From positions 222,905 to 286,904 of the forward strand of contig JAYRXE010000037.1 of assembly GCA_041917695.1 (NCBI GenBank): a DNA stretch of 64,000 nucleotides, in the 5' to 3' direction. Made by a program: the position numbers and the translations under genes. Shown piece after piece: positions 18,680 through 27,888 of the stretch. Source of the stretch: Minisyncoccota bacterium. Its GTDB lineage: Bacteria > Patescibacteriota > Minisyncoccia > UBA6257 > GWB1-50-10. The notes under the pieces were generated by a model. It saw only the letters and a list, made by a program, of their open reading frames with translations. It did not search any database and was not told the origin of the DNA. Each line of letters opens with the position of its first letter. Within the stretch, counting starts at the first letter, position 1.

Positions 18680-19963
18680 ATGGATATCTTCGGGAAGTTC
18701 AGGAATTTCTTTACACGTAAGCCGGTTGCGGCAATCGGCGGCGTGCTTCTACTTTTTTCACTGATTCTTGGCGGGGCCTACTTCCGGGAGCGCATCACGG
18801 GGGCTTCCGGAGAATCTTCTTTTTTTGCAACGCTTTCGGATGCCTTTTCCTCCTTTTTCGGCGCTCCCCAAGAAACGGAAATTGCGGTGATTCCTCCGCG
18901 GGAGGGCGGAGCGGAAAACGCCTCAAGCTCAGCGTGTTCCTTTGATACGCTTGGCGAGCGAAAGCCCAATGGACTGGTCTTAAACGAAATTGCCTGGATG
19001 GGAACTGCGGCAAACTACAATGCGGAGTGGATCGAACTCGAAAACCGGACGGATGCACGAATGGACATTTCCTTCTTCCAGCTCCTCGATCGGAATGAAA
19101 AGATACGCTTTTCTTTCCCGAAGGGGGCTGTCTTAGAACCGCATGATTCCGTCTTGCTTTCGCGCAAGGTCGCGAAAGATGCGGGACTGCAGGGAGTCTT
19201 TGAATACGCGGGAGCATTAAACAACAAAGGCGGCGCTCTTCGGCTCTATGACGGGGCGTGCGTGCTCCTTGATGAGGCGCTTTTCGAATCCGGATGGCCG
19301 GCGGGGGACAACGCTTCAAAGCGAACCATGGAACGCATGGCAAACGGAGCGTGGAGGACTTCGGCGATTGCAGGAGGTACGCCGGGAGCGAAAAATTCGG
19401 GGGGAACGGCGGGAAGTATAAAAACGACGCCGGCCCAAAAAACTTCTGCGTCAGTGCCTGCGGAGCCTCCGCATGCACCGAGCGAATCCGCAACGCAAAG
19501 CGTTCTTGCCTCGGAAACGGTGGTTTCTTATCCCGCACTCGTCATTAACGAGATATTCGTCGGAAGCGACGCTGGCGCGGCGGATGAATTCATCGAATTG
19601 TGGAATCCGGGAGACGAGGCGGTTTCCTTAAGCGGATGGTCCTTGAAAAAGAAAAGTTCGACCGGTTCGGCTACGTCGCTGGTTTCCGCTTCGAAGCTCG
19701 AGGGAAAATCCGTCCCGGCAAAATCGTTCTTTGTCATCGGAAACGAAGGAGGATACCGCGGCCCGGCGGATGCCGGATGGGCAAAATCAAACACGCTTGC
19801 ATATTCGAATAACGCCGTGCTCCTCCTGAATCCGCAGCTTGAAACGGTGCACGAAGTGTCATGGACGGAGATCCCGAAGGGAAAAAGTTTTTCGCGGGGC
19901 ATGGAGGGAAATTTTACTCCCGCGGAAAGCACGCCGGGACGTGAGAATGCGTCCGTGCGCTGA
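18680..19963 (+). CDS. Membrane-anchored protein with two lamin-tail (LTD) domains
   Basis: Two copies of L.(L/I)NEI...E(W/F)IEL.N, each ending in TPG..N; N-terminal TM. Confidence 0.85.
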   Translation: MDIFGKFRNFFTRKPVAAIGGVLLLFSLILGGAYFRERITGASGESSFFATLSDAFSSFFGAPQETEIAVIPPREGGAENASSSACSFDTLGERKPNGLVLNEIAWMGTAANYNAEWIELENRTDARMDISFFQLLDRNEKIRFSFPKGAVLEPHDSVLLSRKVAKDAGLQGVFEYAGALNNKGGALRLYDGACVLLDEALFESGWPAGDNASKRTMERMANGAWRTSAIAGGTPGAKNSGGTAGSIKTTPAQKTSASVPAEPPHAPSESATQSVLASETVVSYPALVINEIFVGSDAGAADEFIELWNPGDEAVSLSGWSLKKKSSTGSATSLVSASKLEGKSVPAKSFFVIGNEGGYRGPADAGWAKSNTLAYSNNAVLLLNPQLETVHEVSWTEIPKGKSFSRGMEGNFTPAESTPGRENASVR

Positions 19964-19982
19964 AATCAGGCGGGAAAAATAA

Positions 19983-20003
19983 AAAAGCCCCGAAGGGCTT
20001 TTT
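19983..20003. terminator. Bidirectional terminator
   Basis: AAAAGCCC-CGAA-GGGCTTTT between convergent genes. Confidence 0.75.
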
Positions 20004-20649
20004 AAAATATCCTTGAAAGCAGGGGGAGGAGGAAATACAGGCAGAGTGCCGCCTGCGCTCCCGCTACCGCATCGTCCATCATGACGCCGAAGGCGTTTTT
20101 TACATTTTCGAATATCTGCGCGAGCGGATATTTTACGATGTCAAAGATCCTGAAGAGCATGAATGCCGCACCGAAGTGGTACCATGCCGGATGTTCCACC
20201 CAGAAAAGGGGAATGCACGAGATGAGCATGCCGAGCACTTCGTCTATGACGATTTGGTGCTGGTCCTTCTCGCGCGTCTTGCCTTTCCAATCGGTGCGCG
20301 GACCGAGCTTGGTCTCCGCCGGGCGTACGGTAAACAGTCCGAGCATGAAAATAAGTCCGCAGAACCCTGCATACACGAGGGATTCCGCCTGGGGAACTAT
20401 TTTCGATACGGAGAGCGCAAGCCAGCAGAGCGGTATGGCAAAGAGACTGCCGTACGTGCCCGCCATGCTTCGCAAAAGTATCGGCCGTATCAGTCCCGAA
20501 CCGAACCAGGTTGCCACAATGTAGTAGCCCGCTATCTTTGCCAGTCTTTCGTGCGTAACCATACACAAGATGGCAAGGACTATGGCGATTATGCACCCTA
20601 TGCCCGCCCCCATTGCGCTGTCTACCAAAATTTCTTCCAAAGCTTCCAT
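20002..20649 (-). CDS. pgpA: Phosphatidylglycerophosphatase A
   Basis: WFGSG....GTYGSL, D..QIVIDEVLG, FRIFDIVKYP, GVMMDDAVAG. Confidence 0.88.
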   Translation of the reverse strand: MEALEEILVDSAMGAGIGCIIAIVLAILCMVTHERLAKIAGYYIVATWFGSGLIRPILLRSMAGTYGSLFAIPLCWLALSVSKIVPQAESLVYAGFCGLIFMLGLFTVRPAETKLGPRTDWKGKTREKDQHQIVIDEVLGMLISCIPLFWVEHPAWYHFGAAFMLFRIFDIVKYPLAQIFENVKNAFGVMMDDAVAGAQAALCLYFLLPLLSRIF

Positions 20650-20749
20650 ATGCGTTTTGCCTCCTTTTTTAATTTTATGAGCTCCACCGATTCTATGGGA
20701 AGACCCGTCGGGTCGTCAATTTTTGCGCGATAGGGTATCATGAGGCCAT

Positions 20750-21133
20750 ATGAATTCCTCACAGAAATGGATTGGTATTATCGCCCTGGGCGCAATCGTC
20801 TTGTCGGTGGGGCTCTATTTCCTTCTCTCGGGTCCGCGGGAACCGGGCAAGCTCGATGGATTCGCCCAGTGCATTAAAGACAGCGGTGCGGTTTTCTACG
20901 GGGCCTTTTGGTGCCCGCACTGCCAGGAGCAAAAAGAAATGTTCGGTTCATCCGCGCAATTTCTTCCCTACGTCGAATGCTCGACGCCCGACGGCCAAGG
21001 CCAGCTTCAGGTATGCACTGAGAAAGGCATCAAAGGGTATCCGACCTGGGTATTTCCCGACGGAAGCGAAGTAAGCGGTTCCATTCCTCTTGAGCAACTT
21101 GCCGCGAAGACCGGTTGCGCGTTGCCCCAATAA
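20750..21133 (+). CDS. Membrane-anchored thioredoxin-like protein (VKOR-partner type)
   Basis: FYGAFWCPHCQEQK.MFG, PYVECS, C...GI.GYPTW. Confidence 0.85.
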   Translation: MNSSQKWIGIIALGAIVLSVGLYFLLSGPREPGKLDGFAQCIKDSGAVFYGAFWCPHCQEQKEMFGSSAQFLPYVECSTPDGQGQLQVCTEKGIKGYPTWVFPDGSEVSGSIPLEQLAAKTGCALPQ

Positions 21134-21136
21134 CCT

Positions 21137-21688
21137 ATGACTCCGCTTACCTCCACGATTACCGTCATTCTTTCCATTCTTACCGTCGCGGCGCAGGTTG
21201 CCGTTCTGGTGTGGATTTTAGCGCTCGTTCTTTTGAAAAACCGCCGGGAATCGAAGATCATCGGTTTTTTCGCGGAGCACGGCCTTCTTTTTACGTTTCT
21301 CATCGCAACCGGGGCGACACTCGGCAGTCTTTTTTATTCCGAGATCGCCGGCTTTGAGCCGTGCAAACTGTGCTGGTTCCAGAGGCTTTTCATGTATCCG
21401 CAGATGTTCATGCTGGGCGTGGCGCTCTGGAAAAAAGACGAAAGCGTTCTCCGGTATTCCATCGTGCTTTCGCTGGTTGGCGCAGCGATAGCGCTGTACC
21501 ACTATCTGCTTCAGCTCGGCATCGCTCCCGCCGTACCCTGCGCCGCCGTGGGCCAATCGGCCGATTGTTCCCAGCGCTTTGTGATGGAGATGGGATACGT
21601 GACGATACCGATGATGTCTCTCACGGTGTTTGCCCTCATGCTCGTATGCGCCATTTCGCAAAGAAAATTCGGCAGATACGCAAAATAA
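21137..21688 (+). CDS. dsbB: Disulfide bond formation protein DsbB/BdbC
   Basis: GSLFYSE..GFEPCKLCWFQR..MYP; second Cys pair PC...C; TIP.MSL. Confidence 0.9.
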   Translation: MTPLTSTITVILSILTVAAQVAVLVWILALVLLKNRRESKIIGFFAEHGLLFTFLIATGATLGSLFYSEIAGFEPCKLCWFQRLFMYPQMFMLGVALWKKDESVLRYSIVLSLVGAAIALYHYLLQLGIAPAVPCAAVGQSADCSQRFVMEMGYVTIPMMSLTVFALMLVCAISQRKFGRYAK

Positions 21689-22062
21689 AGCTGAGCCGCC
21701 GTATCTGGATTATTTCCGCCGCTCTTGCCGCGGCGGTTCTTTTCGGAGCGGTGGCGTATTGGAATTTCGAACGCTCGCAATCCGCCGTCCCGCGCGATTA
21801 TGAGGGATTTGCGCGGTGCCTTACGGAGAAGGGGGTCGTGATGTACGGAGCGGATTGGTGCTCGCACTGCGAAAACCAACGGTTGGCTTTCGGCGATTCC
21901 TTCCGGTTTGTGAACTACGTTGAGTGCATGAAGGAACAGAAGGCGTGCAAGGCAAAAGACATCCGCGGATTCCCCACGTGGGAATTTCCCGGGGGCATGC
22001 GGGAAGTGGGGGAGCTTTCCTTTAGGGAGCTTAGTGAAAAATCAGGGTGTCATTTGAGATAG
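21685..22062 (+). CDS. Second thioredoxin-like paralog; start uncertain (ATA 21685 or CTG 21691)
   Basis: TM then FARCL...G.VMYGADWCSHC..Q...FG, YVEC, GFPTW; no ATG/GTG/TTG immediately before the TM. Confidence 0.75.
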   Translation: MKLSRRIWIISAALAAAVLFGAVAYWNFERSQSAVPRDYEGFARCLTEKGVVMYGADWCSHCENQRLAFGDSFRFVNYVECMKEQKACKAKDIRGFPTWEFPGGMREVGELSFRELSEKSGCHLR

Positions 22063-22105
22063 TCTCTTTTTTGTTTCTGGTTGAATTAAGCTAAGATAAA
22101 GCCAT

Positions 22106-24541
22106 ATGGCAAAAGACAAGAAGTTCACCCTTCGCTTCGAAGAGGTGGGTATCAAGGACGTTGGGCTCGTCGGGGGGAAAAATGCGTCGCTCGGGGAAAT
22201 GATCGTGGAGCTCGGGAAGCGCGGGGTGCGCGTGCCGACCGGCTTTGTGGTCACCGCGTATGCCTATAGGTATTTCCTCGAAAAGACGGGGCTGAAGCAG
22301 TTTATCAAGACGACACTCACGGGTTTGAACACGAAGAACCTGCACGACCTCGCCCGCCGTGCGGAGGCGGTGCGGGAAAAGATCAAGCACACGGAGATGC
22401 CGAGTGAATTGAAGGAAGAGATCGTCCGGGAATACGCGGCATTCAGCAAGCGCCACTCCAAGGGGAAGACAAAGGCGGTGGATGTTGCCGTGCGTTCATC
22501 TGCGACTGCGGAAGACCTCCCCGGCGCGAGTTTTGCAGGCGAGCACGAGACCTATTTGAACATCAAAGGGGAAAAAGAACTGCTGGAAGCCGTGCGGGCC
22601 GCCATGGCGTCGCTCTTTACCGACCGGGCCATTTCCTATCGCGTCGACAAGGGGTTCGACCATTTCAAAATCGCGCTTTCGGTCGGCGTGCAGAAAATGG
22701 TGCGGAGCGATCTCGGCTGTTCCGGCGTCATGTTTACGCTCGACACCGAGTCGGGTTTCAAGGACACCGTTCTCATAAACGGCGCGTGGGGGCTGGGTGA
22801 GCTCATTGTGCAGGGAGAGGTGACGCCGGATGAATTTCTCGTATTCAAGGGAACGTGGGGCACGGCGAAGAATCCGATCATTTCCAAAAAACTGGGCGTG
22901 AAAAACCGGAAATTCGTCTATGCCTCGAATCGCGGGGGCATTCGGAACATCAAGCTCCAAAAGACGACCGAGCAGGAATTTTCATCGTTTGTCATTTCCG
23001 ACAAGGAAATCCTGATCCTCGCCAAGTGGGGCATGGAAATCGAGGCACACTATTCGAAGAAACGGAAGGTATGGACGCCGATGGATATGGAATGGGCGAA
23101 AGACGGGGCGACGGGAGAGCTTTTTATCGTGCAGGCCCGTCCCGAAACGATCCATGCCGAGCGCGATTATTCCAAGGTTCGCGAGTATGTCTTGCAGGGA
23201 AGCGGCAAGCTCATCACGAAGGGTGCCTCGGTGGGCAATAAGATTGCGGCAGGTTCCGCCCGCGTCATCATGGACGCGAAAAACATCCATTCCTTCAAGA
23301 AGGGAGAAGTGCTCGTGACGGATATGACGGACCCGGATTGGGAACCCATCATGAAGATCGCTTCCGCGATTGTGACGAACAAAGGCGGCCGCACATCGCA
23401 TGCCGCCATCGTTTCGCGAGAACTCGGCATCCCGTGCGTCGTCGGCACTGAAAATGCCACGAAACGCATCGCGACCGGCGACAAGGTGACGGTGGACGTC
23501 TCCGGAGCCGAGGGGCTCGTGTATCAGGGAATTTTGAAATTCAAAGTCATCGAGCACGATATGAAGCGCCTCAAGCGGCCGAAGACGAAGATCATGATGA
23601 ATATCGCGACGCCCGATACGGCGTTTGAGAAATCCTTCCTGCCGAACGACGGCGTAGGCCTCGCCCGCGAGGAGTTCGTCATTGCCTCCGCCATCGGCAT
23701 CCATCCCATGGCGCTCATCGAATTCAAGGAAGTCGCGAAGAAATATCCCGGGATCGCGGCGGAGATCGAACGGCGCACCCGCGGCTATGCGGTGAAGACC
23801 GATTTTTACGTTGACCGCCTCGCGTACGGCCTCGGAAAGATCGCGGCGGCCTTTTATCCGAAAAAGGTGATCGTCCGTTTTTCGGACTTCAAGACGAACG
23901 AATACCGCACGCTTTTGGGCGGGGAGATCTACGAGCCGAAAGAAGAAAACCCGATGATCGGCTGGCGCGGCGCATCGCGATACTACAATCCGCTCTTCGC
24001 ACCCGCATTCGCGCTTGAATGCAAGGCTATCAAAAAAGTCCGCGAGGACATGGGCCTTACGAACCTTGTCCCGATGGTGCCTTTCTGCCGTACCGCCGAG
24101 GAAGGCAAAAAGGTGCTTGAGGTGATGAAGAAAAATGGCCTCGACCGCAAGAAGGACAAGACGCTCAAGGTGTATGTGATGTGCGAAATCCCGTCGAATG
24201 TCGTGCGCGCCGAAGATTTCCTCGAAGTTTTCGACGGCATGTCCATCGGCTCAAACGACCTTACCCAGCTCACGCTCGGCATCGACCGGGACGGAAATGC
24301 CATGATCCGCGGCATCGCAAATGAGACGCACCTCGCGGTGAAAGATCTCATCTCCCATGTCATTAAGATGTGTCGCGCCCGAAAGAAATATATCGGCATT
24401 TGCGGCCAAGGACCTTCCGACATCCCCGCGTTCGCCGAGTTTCTCGTGCGCGAGGGAATCGAGTCCATGTCCCTGAACCCCGATACGGTGGTAACGACCA
24501 CGGAGCGCGTCTACGCCGTCGAAAAAAAGAAGCGGAAGTGA
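22106..24541 (+). CDS. ppsA: Phosphoenolpyruvate synthase
   Basis: VGGKNASLGEM, AVRSSATAEDLP.ASFAG, GGRTSHAAIVSRELG, EENPMIGWRGA, SIGSNDLTQL. Confidence 0.97.
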   Translation: MAKDKKFTLRFEEVGIKDVGLVGGKNASLGEMIVELGKRGVRVPTGFVVTAYAYRYFLEKTGLKQFIKTTLTGLNTKNLHDLARRAEAVREKIKHTEMPSELKEEIVREYAAFSKRHSKGKTKAVDVAVRSSATAEDLPGASFAGEHETYLNIKGEKELLEAVRAAMASLFTDRAISYRVDKGFDHFKIALSVGVQKMVRSDLGCSGVMFTLDTESGFKDTVLINGAWGLGELIVQGEVTPDEFLVFKGTWGTAKNPIISKKLGVKNRKFVYASNRGGIRNIKLQKTTEQEFSSFVISDKEILILAKWGMEIEAHYSKKRKVWTPMDMEWAKDGATGELFIVQARPETIHAERDYSKVREYVLQGSGKLITKGASVGNKIAAGSARVIMDAKNIHSFKKGEVLVTDMTDPDWEPIMKIASAIVTNKGGRTSHAAIVSRELGIPCVVGTENATKRIATGDKVTVDVSGAEGLVYQGILKFKVIEHDMKRLKRPKTKIMMNIATPDTAFEKSFLPNDGVGLAREEFVIASAIGIHPMALIEFKEVAKKYPGIAAEIERRTRGYAVKTDFYVDRLAYGLGKIAAAFYPKKVIVRFSDFKTNEYRTLLGGEIYEPKEENPMIGWRGASRYYNPLFAPAFALECKAIKKVREDMGLTNLVPMVPFCRTAEEGKKVLEVMKKNGLDRKKDKTLKVYVMCEIPSNVVRAEDFLEVFDGMSIGSNDLTQLTLGIDRDGNAMIRGIANETHLAVKDLISHVIKMCRARKKYIGICGQGPSDIPAFAEFLVREGIESMSLNPDTVVTTTERVYAVEKKKRK

Positions 24542-24759
24542 AATTCGCGGTTGTTGTAAAACCGAATTCCCGAAAAAGCGAAGTGCTCCGCCTGGAGAAC
24601 GGAGATTTCCGCATTTTGGTAAAGTCTCCTGCATTGGAGGGAAAGGCAAACAGCGAAGCAATCGGTCTTATCGCGAAGCATTTTGGCGTTTCCCGAACTG
24701 CGGTGAGTATCGTAAAGGGTGGCCGGGGCAAACAGAAGCTCGTCGAGATATCGAGATGA
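24538..24759 (+). CDS. DUF167 (YggU/UPF0235) family protein
   Basis: VKPNSRK, P..EGKAN...I..IAKHFGV, I.KG...KQK; GTG start overlapping the ppsA stop. Confidence 0.85.
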   Translation: MKFAVVVKPNSRKSEVLRLENGDFRILVKSPALEGKANSEAIGLIAKHFGVSRTAVSIVKGGRGKQKLVEISR

Positions 24760-25088
24760 CACTTTGGAGAAAAAAAACCGGTACGCCGATTGACGATGTA
24801 GTCCTTTTGAAAACTCCAGCGGAAAAGGTCCGCGGGCTTTTGGGCGCGCTCACTCCATACGCGGTCCATATGAAGACCCGCTGGGGAATCCACACGATGG
24901 GGCTCCGGTTTCCGATAGACGTGCTCGTCGCCGACAAGGCGCTCAGGGTGCGCGCAATCAAAAAAAACCTTCCGGCGGGGAAGTTTTACTTTTGGAATCC
25001 CTTTTGGGAAAACGTCTTTGAATTTCCCGCAGGCACGCTCAACGCGGCGGGGATTCAGAAAATGGACGAACTTGAGTTCAGGGAATAA
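24756..25088 (+). CDS. DUF192 family protein
   Basis: K.RGLLG, IHT.G.RFPIDV..D, V.E.PAG. Confidence 0.8.
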   Translation: MTLWRKKTGTPIDDVVLLKTPAEKVRGLLGALTPYAVHMKTRWGIHTMGLRFPIDVLVADKALRVRAIKKNLPAGKFYFWNPFWENVFEFPAGTLNAAGIQKMDELEFRE

Positions 25089-25891
25089 GGCTTTTTTCCT
25101 TCCGGCTGGACAACCTTCAAAACTAACTTGTCGTCTTTCATTTCTGCCTCGAGGAGCTTTATCTCTTTTTCATGGATGCGCGTCCATGCGCCGGGTTCGG
25201 GGTTCAAAGCGCGGATTTTCGCATAGATGGGGGCGCCGCCAATTCCTTCGCACGCGTTTTTCAACTCATCTGCGGGGACGAACGCGTCTTCCCGCGAAAA
25301 TTTCTTCGTGAGCGTGGCGCCTGCTTCATTTTGGGGAACGGGAGCAACTTTTCCCGAAACGTATCCTTCGGCGATTTCTGAAAAGAGCTTCGCGCTCAAG
25401 CGCGCGAGCTTTGTTTCGAGGGAGAGGTAAGTTTCGCCGGTGCCGATTTCAGCTTTTTCTTGCGCGAGGAGGGGACCGTGGTCGACAAATTTATCAAGGA
25501 GAAAAAGTGTCGTTCCCGTTTCACGCTCTTCATTTAAAATCGCGGTCTGGATGGGGGTTGCGCCGCGGTACTTCGGCAAAAGGGAGGGGTGAATGCAGAT
25601 AATGCCCTTGGGAAATGAATCGATGATCGATTGGGGAACGATGGAGCCATAGGCCGCAAGCACCCCGAGTTTCGCATCCGGCAGATCGTCGCGGAGAAGC
25701 TTGGAAGGCTGATAAACAGGAATCCCCGCTTTTTCGGCAAGAATTTTTATTGGAGGAGGCGTGAGTTCCTTCTTCCTTCCGACGGGACGGTCGGGGTTCG
25801 TTACAACTGCCTTCGGCCGGAGGCCTTTTTCCAAAAGTTCGGAAAGGAATATTTCCGCGAAACGCGGGGTGCCGAAAAAAACGAAATCCAT
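25055..25891 (-). CDS. fmt: Methionyl-tRNA formyltransferase
   Basis: FFGTPRFA, VVTNPDRP.GR, HPSLLPKYRGATPI. Confidence 0.94.
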   Translation of the reverse strand: MDFVFFGTPRFAEIFLSELLEKGLRPKAVVTNPDRPVGRKKELTPPPIKILAEKAGIPVYQPSKLLRDDLPDAKLGVLAAYGSIVPQSIIDSFPKGIICIHPSLLPKYRGATPIQTAILNEERETGTTLFLLDKFVDHGPLLAQEKAEIGTGETYLSLETKLARLSAKLFSEIAEGYVSGKVAPVPQNEAGATLTKKFSREDAFVPADELKNACEGIGGAPIYAKIRALNPEPGAWTRIHEKEIKLLEAEMKDDKLVLKVVQPEGKKPYSLNSSSSIF

Positions 25892-26427
25892 CAGATCGAA
25901 GTGCCTTTCTGCGCGTCGCGTATGTCCTCGACGTATTTTGCGCGATCGGTAAAGAGAACCCCGTCCAAATGGTCGATCTCGTGCTGGCAGATGCGGGCAA
26001 GTAAGCCGCGCGCAGCGGTCTTTTGCGGCTTTCCAAGTACGTTCACGTACTCAATTGTCACTTCCGCCGGGCGTTCGACCGGACCGAAGGTGAAGGGGAT
26101 GCTCAAGCATCCTTCCTCCGAGGTCGCCGCTTCCTTTGATTTCTTCACGATGCGGGGATTTATCACGGCGTAGTGTTTCCATTTGCCGTTCCGGTCCATG
26201 GTGCGCGCGATAAAAAAGCGGTACGGCATGCCCGCCTGGTTCGCAGAAAGCCCGACACCTTCGGCTTTTACCATCAGCCGGCGCATGTCATCGAGCGCTT
26301 TGCGGAGTTCTTTCACGGTTTCCTTGTTCTTCAGCTCGGCAAGGGGAACGTCCTTCGTCTTCGTACGCAGGAATTTCTCCTCCTTTTTATCGAGTATGCA
26401 GAATATATGGCCTGATGCTTCAAACAT
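25891..26427 (-). CDS. def: Peptide deformylase
   Basis: GVGLSANQ, EGCLS, QHEIDHLDG. Confidence 0.96.
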   Translation of the reverse strand: MFEASGHIFCILDKKEEKFLRTKTKDVPLAELKNKETVKELRKALDDMRRLMVKAEGVGLSANQAGMPYRFFIARTMDRNGKWKHYAVINPRIVKKSKEAATSEEGCLSIPFTFGPVERPAEVTIEYVNVLGKPQKTAARGLLARICQHEIDHLDGVLFTDRAKYVEDIRDAQKGTSI

Positions 26428-26429
26428 AA

Positions 26430-26717
26430 TTATATTTTCTTGTCTTCTTTCATTTGTTTCAAAACCTGCATGAAGTATGCCCCGCGGTTTTTGACCCGCT
26501 TGTTGTCCGCGATGTCTTTGGCGAGCGACATAAGCTTTTCTTCGTCATGAGCTTTCGCAAGACGAATGTAGAGCGCCTTATGGTCCCGGTCCTCAAGGAG
26601 GTCGGCGATTGCGAGGCCGGTGGACTGGAATTTCCGCGAAACGCGGTTTTTATTCGTTTCTTTCCGCGCCGCGAGTTCCGCGAGATATTGGTCTTTCGGG
26701 AGCATGATGGCAGGCAT
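26430..26717 (-). CDS. Hypothetical basic protein (KN.GAYF C-terminal motif)
   Basis: 95-aa ORF directly upstream of def on the same strand. Confidence 0.65.
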   Translation of the reverse strand: MPAIMLPKDQYLAELAARKETNKNRVSRKFQSTGLAIADLLEDRDHKALYIRLAKAHDEEKLMSLAKDIADNKRVKNRGAYFMQVLKQMKEDKKI

Positions 26718-26757
26718 TTCCAGTCTAGGCTATTCGCGGTGCCGAGGAAAGGCTTCG

Positions 26758-26785
26758 TTGACAACTCGCATTCGTGTGCTATAGT
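26758..26785 (+). promoter_or_regulatory. Sigma70 promoter with extended -10
   Basis: TTGACA-16 nt-TATAGT preceded by TG. Confidence 0.75.
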
Positions 26786-26789
26786 TATC

Positions 26790-27080
26790 TCGTAACGATA
26801 GAAAGCGAACGTATTTTCAAAAGCTAGCGCCAGTTTGCACAACAAACGGCCAATAAATCCCTCCTTCAGTGAAGGTAAGGTCGAGCGGGAGATCTGCGCT
26901 CGCACCGTATGGGTTTATTGATACTAACTGCCACAAGCGGTTGGGAGGTCTCACTCTGAAAACAAAGCTTCAGCAATGTTTTCGGTGAGATTTTTCCTGG
27001 CCGCTTTTTTGTTTTTGTGCTGAGCGTTTCCGACCGCTTCCCGAAGAAGGGATCGGGAACGCTCGCCGCAAGAACGGCGA
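26790..27080 (+). ncRNA. Unassigned structured RNA / long leader
   Basis: Multiple stems: CAATAAATCC/GGGTTTATTG enclosing CCTTC/GAAGG and CGAGCG/CGCTCG; long AAGCGG...CCGCTT hairpin plus T-tract; two further hairpins. Confidence 0.5.
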
Positions 27081-27100
27081 GAGAAAATTAAAAAATCAAT

Positions 27101-27808
27101 ATGGAAAGGAAGTCCAAAATGAGACGGCTTGGTAAGATCAATTTCTTCACGGGATATGAAAACCTGACTCGCCTATGTTCACAATGCCTCGAGTATTACA
27201 GCGCATACGAGTTTTGCTATGAATTCAATTCTTCGCAGGACGTATGTGATGAGTGCGGTAAAAGAATTTTTTGCCACCTACTGTATAAGGATAGCCTCGA
27301 TAAGAAGTCGCATTGGGAGGTGCAGGTTATCCAGCTCCGTCGTAAAAAAGGAAGCAAGGAATTCAAAATAGAAGAAGATACGAAGAAGGCGTTCTTAAGC
27401 TTCTTTGCGGAGCTCGGAGAAAAAATATTCAATGAGGCAGATTACGTAAGCGAAACTGGCTTCAAACGATTCATAGGGGAGTCGGGACTCTGCGTCCATT
27501 CCCTTATCGAAGCGGTATGCCAGACGCTTGCTAAGAAGGATATCTTCATCCCCAGGGTTGGCGACAAGATATACATTGAGGGGGCTTTATATCTTTCGCA
27601 TGGCGCTGACGATTTCGCCGGTGGCCTCGCAACGGTAACCGGCGTACGCGGGAAGGGTGCACGCATGGTTTCAGTCAAAGAAGTCCCGGGAGAATTCGCA
27701 TGGGAGGGATATTTGGCAGAAAAGCAGGACGCCTTGAGAGAGATGTATGGAGAAAGCGCTGCATGTCCGACGCCCGACTATTCCCCTGAATCGAATGAAC
27801 CGTGGTAA
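27101..27808 (+). CDS. Hypothetical protein with N-terminal CxxC..CxxC
   Basis: CSQC and CDEC pairs; lower GC than flanks. Confidence 0.65.
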   Translation: MERKSKMRRLGKINFFTGYENLTRLCSQCLEYYSAYEFCYEFNSSQDVCDECGKRIFCHLLYKDSLDKKSHWEVQVIQLRRKKGSKEFKIEEDTKKAFLSFFAELGEKIFNEADYVSETGFKRFIGESGLCVHSLIEAVCQTLAKKDIFIPRVGDKIYIEGALYLSHGADDFAGGLATVTGVRGKGARMVSVKEVPGEFAWEGYLAEKQDALREMYGESAACPTPDYSPESNEPW

Positions 27809-27829
27809 TCCTTGCGGTAGCCAAATGTA

Positions 27830-27858
27830 TTGACAAAAAAGAAAAAAAGATGTATTAT
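27830..27858 (+). promoter_or_regulatory. Sigma70 promoter
   Basis: TTGACA-17 nt (ending TG)-TATTAT. Confidence 0.75.
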
Positions 27859-27888
27859 AAAAACAGTAAATTAGAAATGAGGTATGAA

